Source: Antedon mediterranea
Lineage: Eukaryota > Animalia > Echinodermata
Assembly (NCBI RefSeq): GCF_964355755.1
Contig: NC_092680.1
Coordinates: forward strand, 16,935,045-16,999,044
Length of the DNA stretch: 64,000 nucleotides
Reading direction: 5' to 3'
A model generated the notes under the pieces. It saw nothing but the letters and a program-made list of their open reading frames with translations. It was not told where the DNA came from and did not search any database. Shown here in pieces: positions 45,516 to 60,500 of this stretch; the stretch's first letter is position 1; each line of letters starts with the position of its first letter. The translations under genes were made by a program, and so were the position numbers.

Positions 45516-48500
45516 ATGGATTCAGAGGAGGAGGAAAATGTTCAAGGAGGAGGAGACAATTCTTCGGATGAAAGTCATTCTGACAGGTATCTTGAAATAA
45601 ACATTTATCTTCATTAACTTCAATGTTTAGTGTACCACACTTTTTGAAATAATCAACTAATTCTTTTATTTAACACTTTATTTTATTTTAAAAACAATTT
45701 TATATGCTATTTACCTGGTTATAGTTTTCCAAGGGGTGTTTTAAAACTAGATTTTTTTAACAGTTCTGAATTTTTTACAGAAAAATCCAAATAGGACATT
45801 TTGTTGCTAAATATTTGTTATTCACTTTTACATCCGATTTTAAACTTTTAATTCATATTATATTTATTTTTCACCTTGTTTTAGCTATAAATTTTAACTT
45901 TAAAATTAAGCACTGGCTCTGTTTATCTCTTTGTGAAGGTGAGGCATTGATTAATGTTTTGCATGTATTATTTTTGTATTATTACTAAATTTCTTTCCAC
46001 AAAGACACACAGTAACAAGTACTTGATGACAGTACACTTTTAATTTTGATATTTTTCTTGTCTTTCCTCTATTCATTTGGACTTACACTTAAAATACATT
46101 TTATTTTTAAATGCATTTATAATGCTAATATTTTGTATTTTTTAAATACATGTATAGTAATTCAAACTTAAATAGTAGATATTTAGCTAAACATTTGATA
46201 TTTAAATGTGTTTCTTTTCACATTTCTATGAACTTAAAAATTAAAAGAATTATGGAAAATCTACCTATAATATTATATGTTGTACTGTACTGTAGTATTA
46301 ACATTTCAACATGTTTTATTCTAATTCATAGGCGTTGTACTATTTTTGGGCTGTTTAATTATACTCCACATACTTTACTAATTTTTTTAAATCTATAAAA
46401 ATTATTTTCCAGTTCCACAATCTTAAACATTATTGCGCACATGTGCATATTTAAGGGACATCTAGATTATTATATTTTTTTTCTTTATACTTGAAGTCAA
46501 CGCAATGAATAAAATGAAATTTTCTAGCCCTTGAGACAGGAATCTACAGAGTTTCAATAGACTGCCTTACTTTTTCATGCCCTTATCAATATGTGGACTG
46601 GATGTACAAGCATCCAACCGCTTTTTTTAAATACCAGCCCTGGAAACCTTGACGACCCCAGGCATTCGGTCTACTGATGTTTGCGTTTTTTAAAACCACA
46701 CCCAACCGCTTTTTTAAAATACCGGCGCTGGGGACCTTGACGACCCCAGGCATTCGGTGCTACTGATGTTTGTGTTTTTTAAAACCACACCCAACCGCTT
46801 TTTTTAAATACCGGCCCTGGAGACCTTGACGACCCCAGGCATTCAGTGCTACTGATGTTTTTGTTTTTAAAAACCACACCCAACCGCTTTTTTAAATACC
46901 GGCGCTGGGGTCCTTGACGACCCCATTCAGTGCTACTGATGTTTGTGTTTTTTAAACCCACACCCAACCGCTTTTTTAAATACCGGCGCTGGGATCCTTG
47001 ACGACCCCATTCAGTGCTACTGATGTTTGTGTTTTTTAAAACCACACTCAACCGCTTTTTTTAAATACCGGCGCTGGGGTCCTTGACGACCCCATTCAGC
47101 GCTGCTGATGTTTGTGTTTTTTAAAACCACACCCAACCCTTTTTTAAAATACCGGCACTGGGGATATTGACGACCCCATTTATATACACAAAGGCCCTCA
47201 CTTCGTTTACTGGTGGGTGGTTAAGAACGAACACCTTACCTTTTTAAAAATCTTTTAACCATTTCAAAATTTTGTTTTAATACTTCAATAAAATAAACTT
47301 TTAAGTCACAATCAGCATATGAACAGCTCTGGTTACAGAATGGCGAGGGGTCATGTAGTCGAATGGCGAGGGGTCATGTAGTCGAATGGCGAGGGGTCAT
47401 GTAGTCGAATGGCGAGGGGTCATGTAGTCGAATGGCGAGGGGTCATGTAGTCGATCGTGTCTGTGTTTGTACAGTATGTTTCTTTCTATATTTGGATTAC
47501 TCAAAAAATTATTGCCCGATTTTCATAAGATTTTAAAGGCTGGTTTCATAGCTGTGTGTGAACAAGTGAATTACATTTTCATATGCCTAGGCAGAGGTTT
47601 GCGCTCTCTGATTTGCTAACTGTTCTTATTTAGTTTGGGTTTAATTATTTTAAATTGTAAAGAGGGACAATGTGTCTGCTAATTTATAGTTGACAAATTA
47701 GCAATGATTTTTAGCTACTTTTTTTTAGTCTTTACTCACTTAGTGATATTTTTAACAAAAAAACAACTTTTTCCTTTTTGTTATCTTATACCACTGTTTA
47801 TAATTACATTTACAATCAGGGTTCTAAACTTTTTATCCACTAGTAAACCCTTGCAAGTAAACACATTTTGGCATCAATTAAATTCTACAAACATTTGAAA
47901 TTTACAGAAAACTACCAAAATCTAAATATATCTAGTTCTGAAATTTCAACTAGGAACTGCACTGCTGGTTGCTGTGGGTTCATAGACGACCTACTGCAAA
48001 TTTCAACTAGGAACTGCACTGCTGGTTGCTGTGGGTTCATAGAGGACCTACTACAAATTTCAACTAGGAACTGCACTGCTGGTTGCTGTGGGTTCATAGA
48101 GGACCTACTACAAATTTCAACTAGGAACTGCACTGCTGGTTGCTGTGGGTTCATAGAGGACCTACTACAAATTTCAACTAGGAACTGCACTGCTGGTTGC
48201 TGTGGGTTCATAGAGGACCTTTTATAGGAATTTCTTGAGGACTATTATAAATACCTTTACCTGTGTGCATCAATGTTGTTTGATGCTTTCTTTCTACCAT
48301 CTTTACTGATTCATCTTTTATGGACTATTCCACAGTAACTCACGTTACATCTCTTGGGTAGTTGAATTAGTGTTTGTATTGTTATTTCCATTATACAATC
48401 TTAAAGGTAAATGCTTACTGTAAAGGTAGTTTAAAAGTGTATGAACTATATTATTAGACAAGAAAAAAACAAAAATAATTATTTATTCAACTTTGATATA

Positions 48501-51500
48501 CTGTAATTCAATTCAATTTCTTTTTATTTCGGAAATATCATCCATATTAATAAACTTATTAACATAAAAAGAAAAATCTAAACTTAAGTATAAAGAATGC
48601 TTCTCCATGTACAATACATTTTGGAGTTATGGAGCATATGTTTGCAAACACAAGCAACAAGGATGTTACCACTATTCAACATACGTTGCATGAAACCATA
48701 GGTAGATTTTTGCATGTACTCATTAAAGGAAGGGACACCATGTTCAATAAACATTGCACTGGTACTACTACTTCTAGAGACATTAAGTAATGAACTTACA
48801 CACAGTAGAAGAATATTGGTATAAACTCTTGTTAAAAAAGGTTAAAAGTTAATTGAAATTCTCCTCATACTAGTAAGCTATGGTTGACAAGTTATTGCTA
48901 CAAAATGGCATCCATATGTAATGTTGTCAAAAATACTTTGAAATAAATTTATAAAAAATAAATGTCCATCATTAAATTTTAAATGGTATACAGCCTATGT
49001 TGGTAACTCGCTTTACATTAATATGTCCAGGATATAATAATTATACTTACTAATTATAGAAACAATTTCTTCACAAGATTAATTTTGCATGCAGTACTGT
49101 ATTTAGAAAACAAAAGTCTTATCATTTGAACAAAAAAATAAATTTCCAGAAATATTAAAGAAATTACGATAATTCTTTTTGTTCATCTAAGTACAGTTAC
49201 TATATAACTTATAAAATGTAAGAAAGAAAGGTATTGAATTTATGATATTTTGGGAATGAAATGTTCACGTCATGTCCATTTCTGTCCATTTCTCATGGAA
49301 ATGCCAACATGTCCTACTGTACAGTATCTCAGTTTTAAGCGGCGGATTGCTATAAAACAGTCTTAACTAATGGTCTTAACTCCCCGATTAAAGCCGGCTT
49401 TATCTGACGGTCTTACTAAAGCCACCCCTGTTAGACCATTGCTATAAAACAGTCTTAGATAAGACCGCGTAAAGTAACAAATTGAGGGCGTACTTTGCGC
49501 GTAGAATACCAAATAAGGTAATGTTCGTCACGCTTGTTCAATTCACAATCATAACAGTACGTACATTTCTACTCAAGAAAATCTATTCTAGGGCTATATA
49601 AGAATAAAATCACTGTTATTATTTGATTTAACACTTAAAACTCGTTCTATTGGTTGTCTTTGACGATAAATAATACGTAAAAGCAACAAAAAGAGAGGTT
49701 TAAGACTGTTTTAAGACTCCTTCGAGTAGGCTTTAATTTTAAAAACCGTTTACAGGTTAGACCGCGGTATAGCAATGGTCTATAATGTAAGACTACTTGC
49801 TACGTCACGAATTATAGCCGGCTAAGCGCTAAGACCGGTTATAGACCGCTTATAGCAATCCGCCCCAGATCTTAATAATTATACTGCAATCTTAAAATGA
49901 ATAGCAACTTCCATGATTGTTTTTATCAGACCCAGGCATTGAGCAAAAATGTTTACAAAAGTACAAAACTGTAATTAGTCTCATCGTAACCTAAGTATTT
50001 TAATATAATATAGAAATTTTTTATTTCATATATAAAGTCAAATCAGTATTAAAGAAACTTTTGTCTCGTCTTTAGTAAAGATACAAAATAAAGTCTTTAT
50101 AATTTGCTTGACGCTGAGTGAATACTGAATGTCATTGCAGGAAAATACAGGGTTGGCATAATATAATTCATTCTTATGGGCACACAAATGTTTAATGATT
50201 AACCAATCAAATGCTAGCAGATTTGATGCAGATGTTTCTATTTGGATGGATGCCAAGATATGGAATCTTCCAATTGTAACTTCTATATTATTTTATCCTA
50301 TGTAAACCTTTATTAAAAATAAGTACTATTATTATTACACAGAATAATTTTTCAACCAATCCTTTTAATCTGTGGTATACATTTGAATTTGTACATAAAT
50401 ACAGATTATTTATGTACAGTATATTATATTATCAATAAAAAATCATAATTCCTTCAAAAGTGTACTTAACTTAAAAATCACAGTACTGACAAACAGCTCT
50501 CTTTAATACCTTCGGGTATAATAGTAGGCTTAAACACCACTTAGTGTTATGGTATACTTTTTTCCATACTACAGTTAATAAATTGTAATTTTTTGTAATA
50601 TAAAATGCATGTACATAATGTTCTTCAATTTGTCCTCTTGTACTGTAAGTCCAACATGTCCGGTATAGGTTGTCCCATTTTATTTTGGGCAAACCCCAAC
50701 TTGTCTGGTATTGATTGGCCTACTTTATATTTGTCCTCTTGTACTGTAAGTCCAACATGTCCGGTGTAGGTTGTCCCATTTTATTTTGGTCAAACCCCAA
50801 CTTGTCTGGTATTGATTGGCCTACTGTACTTCATTTTTGTCCTCTTGTACTGTAAGTCCAATGTTCCCGGTATATGTTGTCCCATTTTATTTTGGTCAAA
50901 CCCCAACTTGTCTGGTATTGATTGGCCTACTGTACTTTATTTTGGTCCTCTTGTACTGTAAGTCCAACATGTCCGGTATATGTTGTCCCATTTTATTTTG
51001 GTCAAACCCTAACTTGTCTGGTATTGATTGGCCTACTGTACTTCATTTTTGTCCTCTTGTACTGCAAGTCCAACATGTCCGGTATGTTGTTTTATTTTAT
51101 TTTGGTCAAACCCCAACTTGTCTGGTATTGATTGGCCTACTTCATTTTTGTCCTCTGGTAAGTCCACCAGTCCGGTATAGTTATATGGCCAAATCTAGCA
51201 TAATTATGCCGTCTAGCATAATTTTGACCCATCTGGCATCTAGCATTTATGCTAGGGATAATTTTAGAAAATATAGCATAATCAGGAATAATTAGGAAAA
51301 ACCAATTGTCAAGGTTGGTATCCTATGATCTAGCATTTTTTCTAGTATTATTTTATAAAAAAATCATAATTGTAACCAAATCTAGAACATGGCCAAAAAC
51401 CTGACAATTATTTTTTTTTTTTGGCTTTTGTGTAGGACCAGAGAGTTTTTGTAAGCCGAAGGCTATAAGATCTTTGTGTGTATAACATATAACATATATA

Positions 51501-54500
51501 ACACAATCAAATACCATCCACTTCCGACTTGAGAGTCTTATAAACCATGTTTTGGTGACATTTTGCTATAATTCTGCGTAGCATAATCTAGCATATTTGT
51601 GCTGCCACCTAGCATCATTTTATTTCCATTGCTGGCCACACTGGCTCCTCTGGTTTCTCTGGTAATAGCCCAAAAAAATAACATTGCTGTTATAGGTGTT
51701 TTTTTTTTGTCCTCTGGTATTAGCCCAACATGCCTGTCCAACAGGTTGTCCACTTAATTTTTATCTTTTCAGCCCAATGTGCCTATTGTAAGTTGTCCCA
51801 ACAAACTGTAGGTCACACCGCAATGTTATATTACAGAAAACTCTCTGAAATCACCAAACATCTGGTTTAAAAAGATTTTTCATTTTCATCATGTACATTT
51901 TGTATACAGAATTTATAATAATAATCTAAATTACTCCAATGAAGAGTTTTACTATAGAAATAAGCAAACAAACATGTCCAAACAAAAAATATTGAACATA
52001 TTTTTTTTTTATCTACATTTAGCGACAACAATAGCTCTGATTCTGGCTCAGAAGTACAAGAAGCAGTAGCAGATCAGCATGAAGAGGACGAGGGAGAGGA
52101 TGAAGAGCATTCAGAAAATGACAACTCTGAAAATGCTTCGCATTCCGATTCTGACGACTCCAAAAAATCTGACATTGATTCAAACGAAGAATCTAATGAA
52201 GATGTGGGAGAGAACAATAATGTACACTCCGATGACGAGGATGAACAAGATGGAGGTGATGACGAGGATGATGCTAAAGAAGACAATGAGGATGACTCGG
52301 AAGATGATGATGACGATGATGAGAGTAGTAGTCCAACCAAATCAAAATATGAGGATGATGAAACCAAGGAACAGCGATGGTTTACCAAAGTCACTACTGC
52401 CAAAGATATCAAAGAGGTATTCACATTGTTTATTTCCCCACATCCCAACAATGACTACCAAATCGTATTAAACCCATGTTTTTTGAATGAAAAAAAAGGT
52501 TGGATGTTTTATTAGCATCAAGGAAATTGAATTTTTTTCATTTTTTATATACAGCCCAGTCTGGCCCAAATAAAGTGATTTAAACATATTAAGCAGAGAT
52601 AATCATTTTGCAAAAACTATTAACCCTGTGTTTTTAGTTGTCAAGCCATCCAAACAAGTCAATATTATATATACGTATGTTTTTTAATGTAGAAAAACCC
52701 CATTAACACAGATTCTAAAAATAAAACTACATTAACTTGAACTAATTGCACTTGAACTAATTACACATGGCAAATCAATATTTCAACACAAAAAGGAACA
52801 GTTATAATTCGGTATTTTTTACTATTATTTTTTAAGATGATGGAAGAATTTCCCGATGTTTATGGCATCAGGAGGTCCGGTCGTTGCAAGACTAAGGTAG
52901 CACGATATCAAGGAACATCGGTACGTATAAACAATCATTTGGCATGCTGTATCTAACAATGACCTTTGGATAATTGTATAAAACATACATTTATACAAGA
53001 AAAGCAAACAAGTTCTACAGTAGATGCAATACTGTATATCACGTTGGACATAATCATACAATACTCAGCATTTGTATGGGTTTTTGGAAAGAAATTCAAT
53101 GGTTTTAAGTCTTGGAAAATGAGTTTGGTGTTTTCAATTAAATGTCAATAGCAAAAAGCTAAATTTAATTAAATTGTGTGCAAAATTGTTTTTGGAAATT
53201 TACATTTTTGGCTCTGGAAAAGTCTTGAAAAAGTTATGGAAATAATTTTCACTTGAATTATGTTATTTTGATAATTGCGGATTATTAAATACTCATGTCA
53301 TCTATCCACAGACTGACGAACCAAAAGGTGGTAGAGGACGAAGAAAATCATCGGGGTCGTCGAAAGGAAGAATGTCCAAAAGGTAATTAATTGCTGTACA
53401 AATCTTGTTGTTTGCATGAGTAGTTACCTTTCCACTTGTATGCATACATATTTACCTTCCAAATTCCTTTCTGTGATAATTTCTAGTTTCTCTAGTTTTC
53501 GTTTCAGCAAAATGAGTAGTTTATGAGTAGTTTCTACTTTTGAAAAAATTGAGCAACCAATCAGAGTTCAGGACCCGAGGTATGAGAACCTCATGTGAAT
53601 TGAAAAGCTCCGAAGTGAAGCGATGGAAATGAAAATCTCAGCTATTAATTAGCACTTTGGGCAAAGGGTATCACAATCAAAACATTGGATTCGCCTACTA
53701 GAAAACAGACTTAAAGACAGTATGATGTGCAAGATGCCTGCCCAACGATTAAAAAGACTTTGGTATAAATTGTTTCTAATGCAGTTGGTGGGTAGGGTAG
53801 TCACCAATGCACCTGAATAAATAATGTAATTGTTTACAAATTGGATACACTCTTATAATAATATAATAATGAATTTTTGTTAGTGATGGATGGCACAGTG
53901 GTAGTCGTTTAAGTGACTCATCAAGTGAGGAAAGTGGTTCAGACTTTGAACCAGCATCAAAAGGAAAATCACGAGCTAACGCAAGGTCTACTTCTAAAAA
54001 TCGTGGTAAGATACTTTCAATTAGATTAGAATCTGCATTATAAAGGAATTTGTAAAACAACATCATCTCTCTGGCCTGACTCAATAAAGGTCGAGGTAGG
54101 GAGTGCTCAGGTCGGGAGTAGGAGTGGTCAGGTCGGGGGTAGGGATTGGTCAGTTCTGCAGTAGGGAGTGGTCAGGTCTGCGATAGGGAGCGGTCAGGTC
54201 TGCGGTAGGAAATGGTCAGGTCTGCGGTAGGGAGTGGTCAGGTTGCGTTAGGGAGTGGTCAGGTCGAGAGTGGTCAAGTCGGGGGTAGGGAGTGGTCAAG
54301 TCGGGTAGGGAGTGGTCAAGTCGGGGTAGGGAGTGGTCAAGTCGGGGATAGGGAGTGGTCGGAAGTGGTCAGGTCTGGGTAGGGAGTTGTCAGGTCGAAG
54401 GAAAGGAGTGGTCAGGTCAGAGTAGAGAGTGGTCAGGTCAGGGGTAGGGAAGGGTCAGCTCGGGGGTAGGGAGGGGCCAGGTCGGGGTAGGGAGGGGTCA

Positions 54501-57500
54501 GATCTAAGTGTTTTACTGCACTGCAAGTTAGCTACACTTTACACAGTATTATAAGTAATAGGACATATATCAATTTAGAAGTTGTTTTTACTTTTTTTTG
54601 GTTGTTTATAAGTTGTATTTCTTTTTAAAAATATCTGCCAGCCACTAAATGATTATATTTGTTTTAATTGTATTTTAATTCAAGTATTATAATACCCTCT
54701 TTCAATGCCAATTGAGTTGTGTTTGGAGGGAAAACAATACTGTAGCTTACTCAAGAGCCAAGATAAATAATAACCAAACAGATCAATAATTCTGATGTAT
54801 ATTTTATTGCAGCAAGAGGCAATGCAAAAAAGAAGAAAGTAGTGAATCGTAAGCATGCATCCAGCTCAGGAGATACCGACAGTGACAGTGACTGTCCACG
54901 AATATCGCGCAGTCAACGGCCAACTGCCAGTGCAGTTAGGTACGCATTAATAGATTTGATAGATTTCATTTTGTTTATTATTTATTTATTTATAAATATT
55001 TGATTTATCATTTAAATCTAATATTTATAATTATATAATAATAATAATTAAAAATAGGAACATAATAAATATTTGAATCTCTAAAAATATTAAATACTGT
55101 AATTTATTTAAATATTTTGAAGTTACCTCGAGGAAGATGAGGATACCACTGATTCAGATGACATAATTGAAAACCCTACACAGACAGATGAACAAGACGA
55201 TTCTGAAGTCATTGAAAAAATTTTAAACCATAGAATTGGTCGTAAAGGGAGTAAGTTCATTCATATTCTTGTTGGGAACCTCTGATCTACATAAAATAGT
55301 AGTTTAAAGTTTAAACATGGCCCCATAAGGTTCATGAAAGAATAAATTCTAAACTGCCTGGTGATATACTGAAAATATATTAATTAATTTGAAACGATTA
55401 TAAGATGAGGAATCTGTGAAAATAAGAAAAAGTCACCCCAACCTCGATTCGAACTGGGAACATTCTGCTTGATATACAGATGTCCTAACCATTAGACCAC
55501 TGGGGATTTCACGGTATTTTTAAAACATGATTAGATATCAACTTTTTAACACTCGATGTGGTACAGTAGAACATCACTAGTCCGTTAATTGTACGCACAC
55601 GCACCAGACACCAAATTGATACGCCCTCATCTTTCAGTATTTTATTCATTCACCCTATATATATATATATATATTTATTTTCTGTTCATATATTTTGAAA
55701 AACAAGACCGTAGACCTAACTGCATTTTGGTATAGCGGCAAGTATACACTAATAATACACTTGTTGACATTGAGCTATGGAGATCTACCAAAATTACTTG
55801 TTAGCGAGAACTTTACAATGTCTTTCCCACGCCTTATAATGAATGATGACCTAGTATAACTTAGGTTCTAAACAATTTTTAAAATTATATAATTTATTGC
55901 ATAACTGTGTTTTATTTTTAGAAACTGGTGCAATAACTACCGTCTATTACGTAGAAGCCAATGGAGATCCTAACCAAGACATTGACCTTGACACTGAGGA
56001 GACAGAGACACAGTACCTAATAAAATGGAGAAATTGGGCTCATATACACAACACATGGGAGTCGGAAGAATCGCTGAAAACACAGAAAGCAAAAGGAATG
56101 AAGAAACTAGAAAACTATATTAAGAGGGAGGAGGAAGTAAGCGAATGGTAAGAGCATGATTTTGTCGTTTTGGGACGGCGCTGTAGTTTAGTGGTAACCA
56201 TGCTTGCGCAACCAATAGATCCTGGTTCAAATCCTACAACAGTACCATGTTTTTGTCATGGTCATCTCATCTGTTACGATTGTTTAATCGTCGTGGTTAA
56301 AACTGTTTTTGAAGCCATTTGTTCCTGGTGCATTTATGGTTGTTCTTGTGCTTAATGATTCCAATAGTCTTTATTTTATGAAACCAGTACAGCCCAATAG
56401 AAAATGCACTAAAGGCAGTTGCATATTTACAAACATGTGTCCACACACACTAGAGTTAAGATTTAAGCTGATTCAAATTTTATCGGGGTTACATCCATGA
56501 CACATGTGCTTTTGTGTATAGTTAACTGCAACAGAGGCATATCTGGTGTAATGTTATACCAGACACGTTTTAAGCTCTGTGTACACTATAAAACTAGTTT
56601 GACAAAAAAAGGTGTGATGTGCCCAAATATGTAGTACAGATATGACATCATCATGTCCATATATATAGAGTATCACGGTGTGACGTCACAACGATAGAGA
56701 GCGCTGCATGGTTGCTAGCCAACCAAAAAATGCGTTCTACGCTACTATGTTGATAAACTGTAAAGATCTGTATTTCTATCAAATTATGTATCTTAGCTTG
56801 ATTTTTTTAAACTTAAACTGTAGTTGAAGAATAAATAGATTATTAAAAACAAATATTTAGTGATCTTTTGAAATTTTAGTTTGTTTTTATTGAAAATTAT
56901 TATGTTTTAAAATGACTACTTCAATAAGCCTATTCCAAACCATTGGTGACCTTGGAGTCACTCAGGCAGGTTGAACGCATTTTTGGTTGCGCTAGCAACC
57001 ACGCAGCGCCACACACTGTCGTGACGTCAGCACCGTGATACTCTATAGGCACATCACATTTATTTTGTCACATAAGGTTTGATAGTGTAGAGAGAGCTTA
57101 AGCACAGAACAAGTAATGGAAACAAAAGTGTGTGTAAACTGAACTTAAATCTGTTGAGTAATCTAATTAAATTGTATATCTTTTTCATATGTTTATATAG
57201 GAAAAAGGTAGCAAATCCAGAAGATGTTGAATATTATGAATGCCAGCATGCGATGTCACTGCAGCTTGTTGAACAATACCAAAAAGTTGAACGTATCATA
57301 GGTATGTATATTCCAATAGTAACTCAACCTGGTCCTATTCATAATACATACAACCACAGTAAGTACATGACTAGACAGCAACAATATGTTATGAGGGAAA
57401 TCATAGTAGAGTAGAACGCCTCCTTTGGGACACCCATTCAGGTGACTCATTCCAGTGAAAAGATAAACACCCTCCCACCATCCCCTCAGACAAGAGGTCT

Positions 57501-60500
57501 TGAGAAATGATGATGGTGAATTGTGGGGATGGTCCCACTTGAGGTTTATGGATTGTACCATTTAGAGAGATGGGTGTTTAATTAATTTTCTACTTTTCGA
57601 GTATATCTCGCTCTTCGAGGAGAAATATGGCATTTATCGGTTTATCCAGGTAAGCTAGCACTTATAGACACACACACAATAGACACTTATAGGCACACTT
57701 TGATAGGGCATAATACTGTAGTGACATAGCAGGATTTTAGGTCCCTGAGAATTGTAGACAAGCATGTTAATCTCCAGGTTACAGTTTATCAAAAAATGTT
57801 ATCCATTATTCAAGGCTTGGCTTGAATTATTAGTAGAAATGTACGTACAATTTCCAATTTATTTCTTTTTATACGAACACCTAAGTATAATCTGTTTAAA
57901 TACCTTATTTTCCAACAGAAGATTTGTACAAAATACAAACATATATCAATATTTTCCTTTTCGTTTTTAGCCCATCAAGAAGCGTCGTCAGATTATCCAG
58001 ATTACTTTTGTAAGTGGCAAGGTTACCCATATTCAGAGTGTACTATGGAGGATGGCAACCTGATTGCTAAGAATAATCAAGAATGTATTGATGCATATCA
58101 TAGGAGAAACAAATGCTCAAGAATACCTTCCAAAATCACCAGGGTAAGGTTTTATTTAGAGATAGAATTTTTTTTGAAATATTGACATGTAATGAAGTCA
58201 ATATCACCTGAATAATCTTCAATAATGCCATGTAAAGGTGAGTCCCATGTATCAGGTGAGATAATTTAGGTCAAATCATTTATGTTTCTTAAAAACTGAA
58301 ATGGACATAAGATTTTTGGTATACCCCATTTTAAAAAATGTTATGGTTATGGATAGGTTTTAAAGATGCGTCCGAGGTTCGTGCAACTGAAAGCGCAGCC
58401 ATCGTATATTGGCGGGGATGACCTTGAACTTCGAGACTACCAATTGGACGGCTTGAACTGGCTAGCGCATTCCTGGTGCAAGTAAGATTATATACTTTTA
58501 CTTTAATTGAATAATAAGATATGCACCATCATAATTATTTGAGTCGGCTTCTTCCAAAACTTGTTCGTGCTACACCATCTCTCCATTTCTCCATTACCCC
58601 CTGTCTTGTGCATCATGTTCCTCCAAACCAACTTTCCTGCTTTCTTTCATATCGTTCCACATCCCCTCTTCTAAATGCCAAGCTCTCTTTACTAGTTCAT
58701 CTTTGTCGTTTCTTAGAATATGTCCTGTCCATCCCAAGCTACTCCTAATAACGACTTCCCTGATTATTTTACTCAGACCTTCTTGGCAGAAGTGAAAATA
58801 TATGTATAATATATTTATATAGATTAAATGGTTTATACAAACTAGCTGTTAGCTTTTTTAAACCATTTAATCTAGTTATATACCAACATGTATGAAGTTG
58901 TTTTATTTATATAGCCAAGCACCTGAAGATTGAGGTGCTCCTCATGAAACAGCCTGTACAGGTGCATTAAAATGTTCTAGTTATAACTAGCTTCTTTTGA
59001 CTATTTCTATTCCGCTCTGCTTGGCATCAATTACTTCGCCTACATGACCTGTTCCAAGCTTACAACCTATTTTATGTATAATAATCATATATTTTATGAT
59101 TTATTTGTATTTAGAGAAAACAGTATAATCCTTGCTGATGAGATGGGACTTGGAAAGACTATTCAGACCATATCATTTCTTTCATATCTTCACCACGCCC
59201 ACCAGCTGTACGGACCGTTTCTTGTGGTTGTACCATTATCGACAATGACGTCTTGGCAACGAGAATTCCAGATGTGGGCGCCAGAACTTAATGTTGTTAT
59301 GTATATAGGAGATGTGAAAAGCAGAAATATAGTATGTAATGTTGAATTAATAGGCACTTTGACTTGTACGTCCACTATGTTGATTGATACCATATGGCAT
59401 CATTTTGATGATTAGCACATACGTTATTTATACATGTCAACTGCCTGATAGCAGAATGTGTTCAGTGGCATTTTGTCGTTGGCACTGAGAAGTAGTAATA
59501 TTACGTCATATAACCCTACTGAAATTTACCAACATAATGGCAGAGAACGATCTCGCGATGATTTTCTGGGAATGTACTAAAAGGGATTTCAGTTAACTTA
59601 TATTTACAAACTGTGCCATTGGTTATTGTAAATAAAGATTTTCATAATGCAGGTTATGGACTGTCCTAGCATGTTCACTTTGTAACTCATGACATTTCCA
59701 TGTTGACATAGCGTTCACTCGTTGGATCTTTCAAAGTCTCCACCATAGAGATAAAATATAATATCTCTATGTCTCCACTAATTCATTTCATAAAACAAAA
59801 ATGTACTGTTTTTATAGATTCGAGAATATGAATGGTGTCATCATAAGAACAGGTTAAAATTCAATGTCATTGTCACCACCTATGAAATCCTTTTGAAAGA
59901 TAAGGTGAGTTTTCTTCATATAATTTTTAATAAATGTATTCAAATTTGTGTATAAAGCTCTGTCTACACTATCAAACTAGTTTGACAAAAAAGTGTGATG
60001 TGCCTAAATATGGTAGTGATATGACATCATCTTGTCCATATATGGATACATCACATTTTTTGTCACATAAATTTATAGTGTAGACAGAGCTTTACTATTT
60101 TCTGCAATCATTGCCTTTTTATGCTAACATCTTTGAATGTCCTTTGTTTTTTGACAGTCCTTCCTTGGAATTATTAGCTGGGCTAATCTAGTTGTTGACG
60201 AGGCCCACCGATTGAAGAATGATGATTCATTACTCTACAAGACTCTGATGAACTTCAACACTAACCACCGATTATTAATTACTGGCACACCTTTACAAAA
60301 TTCCCTCAAGGAACTCTGGTCACTGCTGCATTTTATTATGCCAGATGAGTAAGTATTGCCGACCTCTCCAGATAATCCTGGTCAGTCAGTGGAGTCTCCT
60401 GATCTCCTGCTAAAGTGCAATCCCGGGTTTGGATATACAAAATAACATCCCAATAATGTATAAATTTATTATTACGGTTTCACTTTGTTAAAAGCAAAAA

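Noticed and set aside
47868-48227. Cys-rich repeat ORFs on both strands
   Set aside because: By-product of a 57-bp (3n) intronic minisatellite; no splice or homology support.
50816-51295. 159-aa hydrophobic ORF
   Set aside because: Translation of an intronic tandem repeat.
56173-56240. Second tRNA gene
   Set aside because: A/B-box-like motifs only and no cloverleaf; at most a decayed SINE head.
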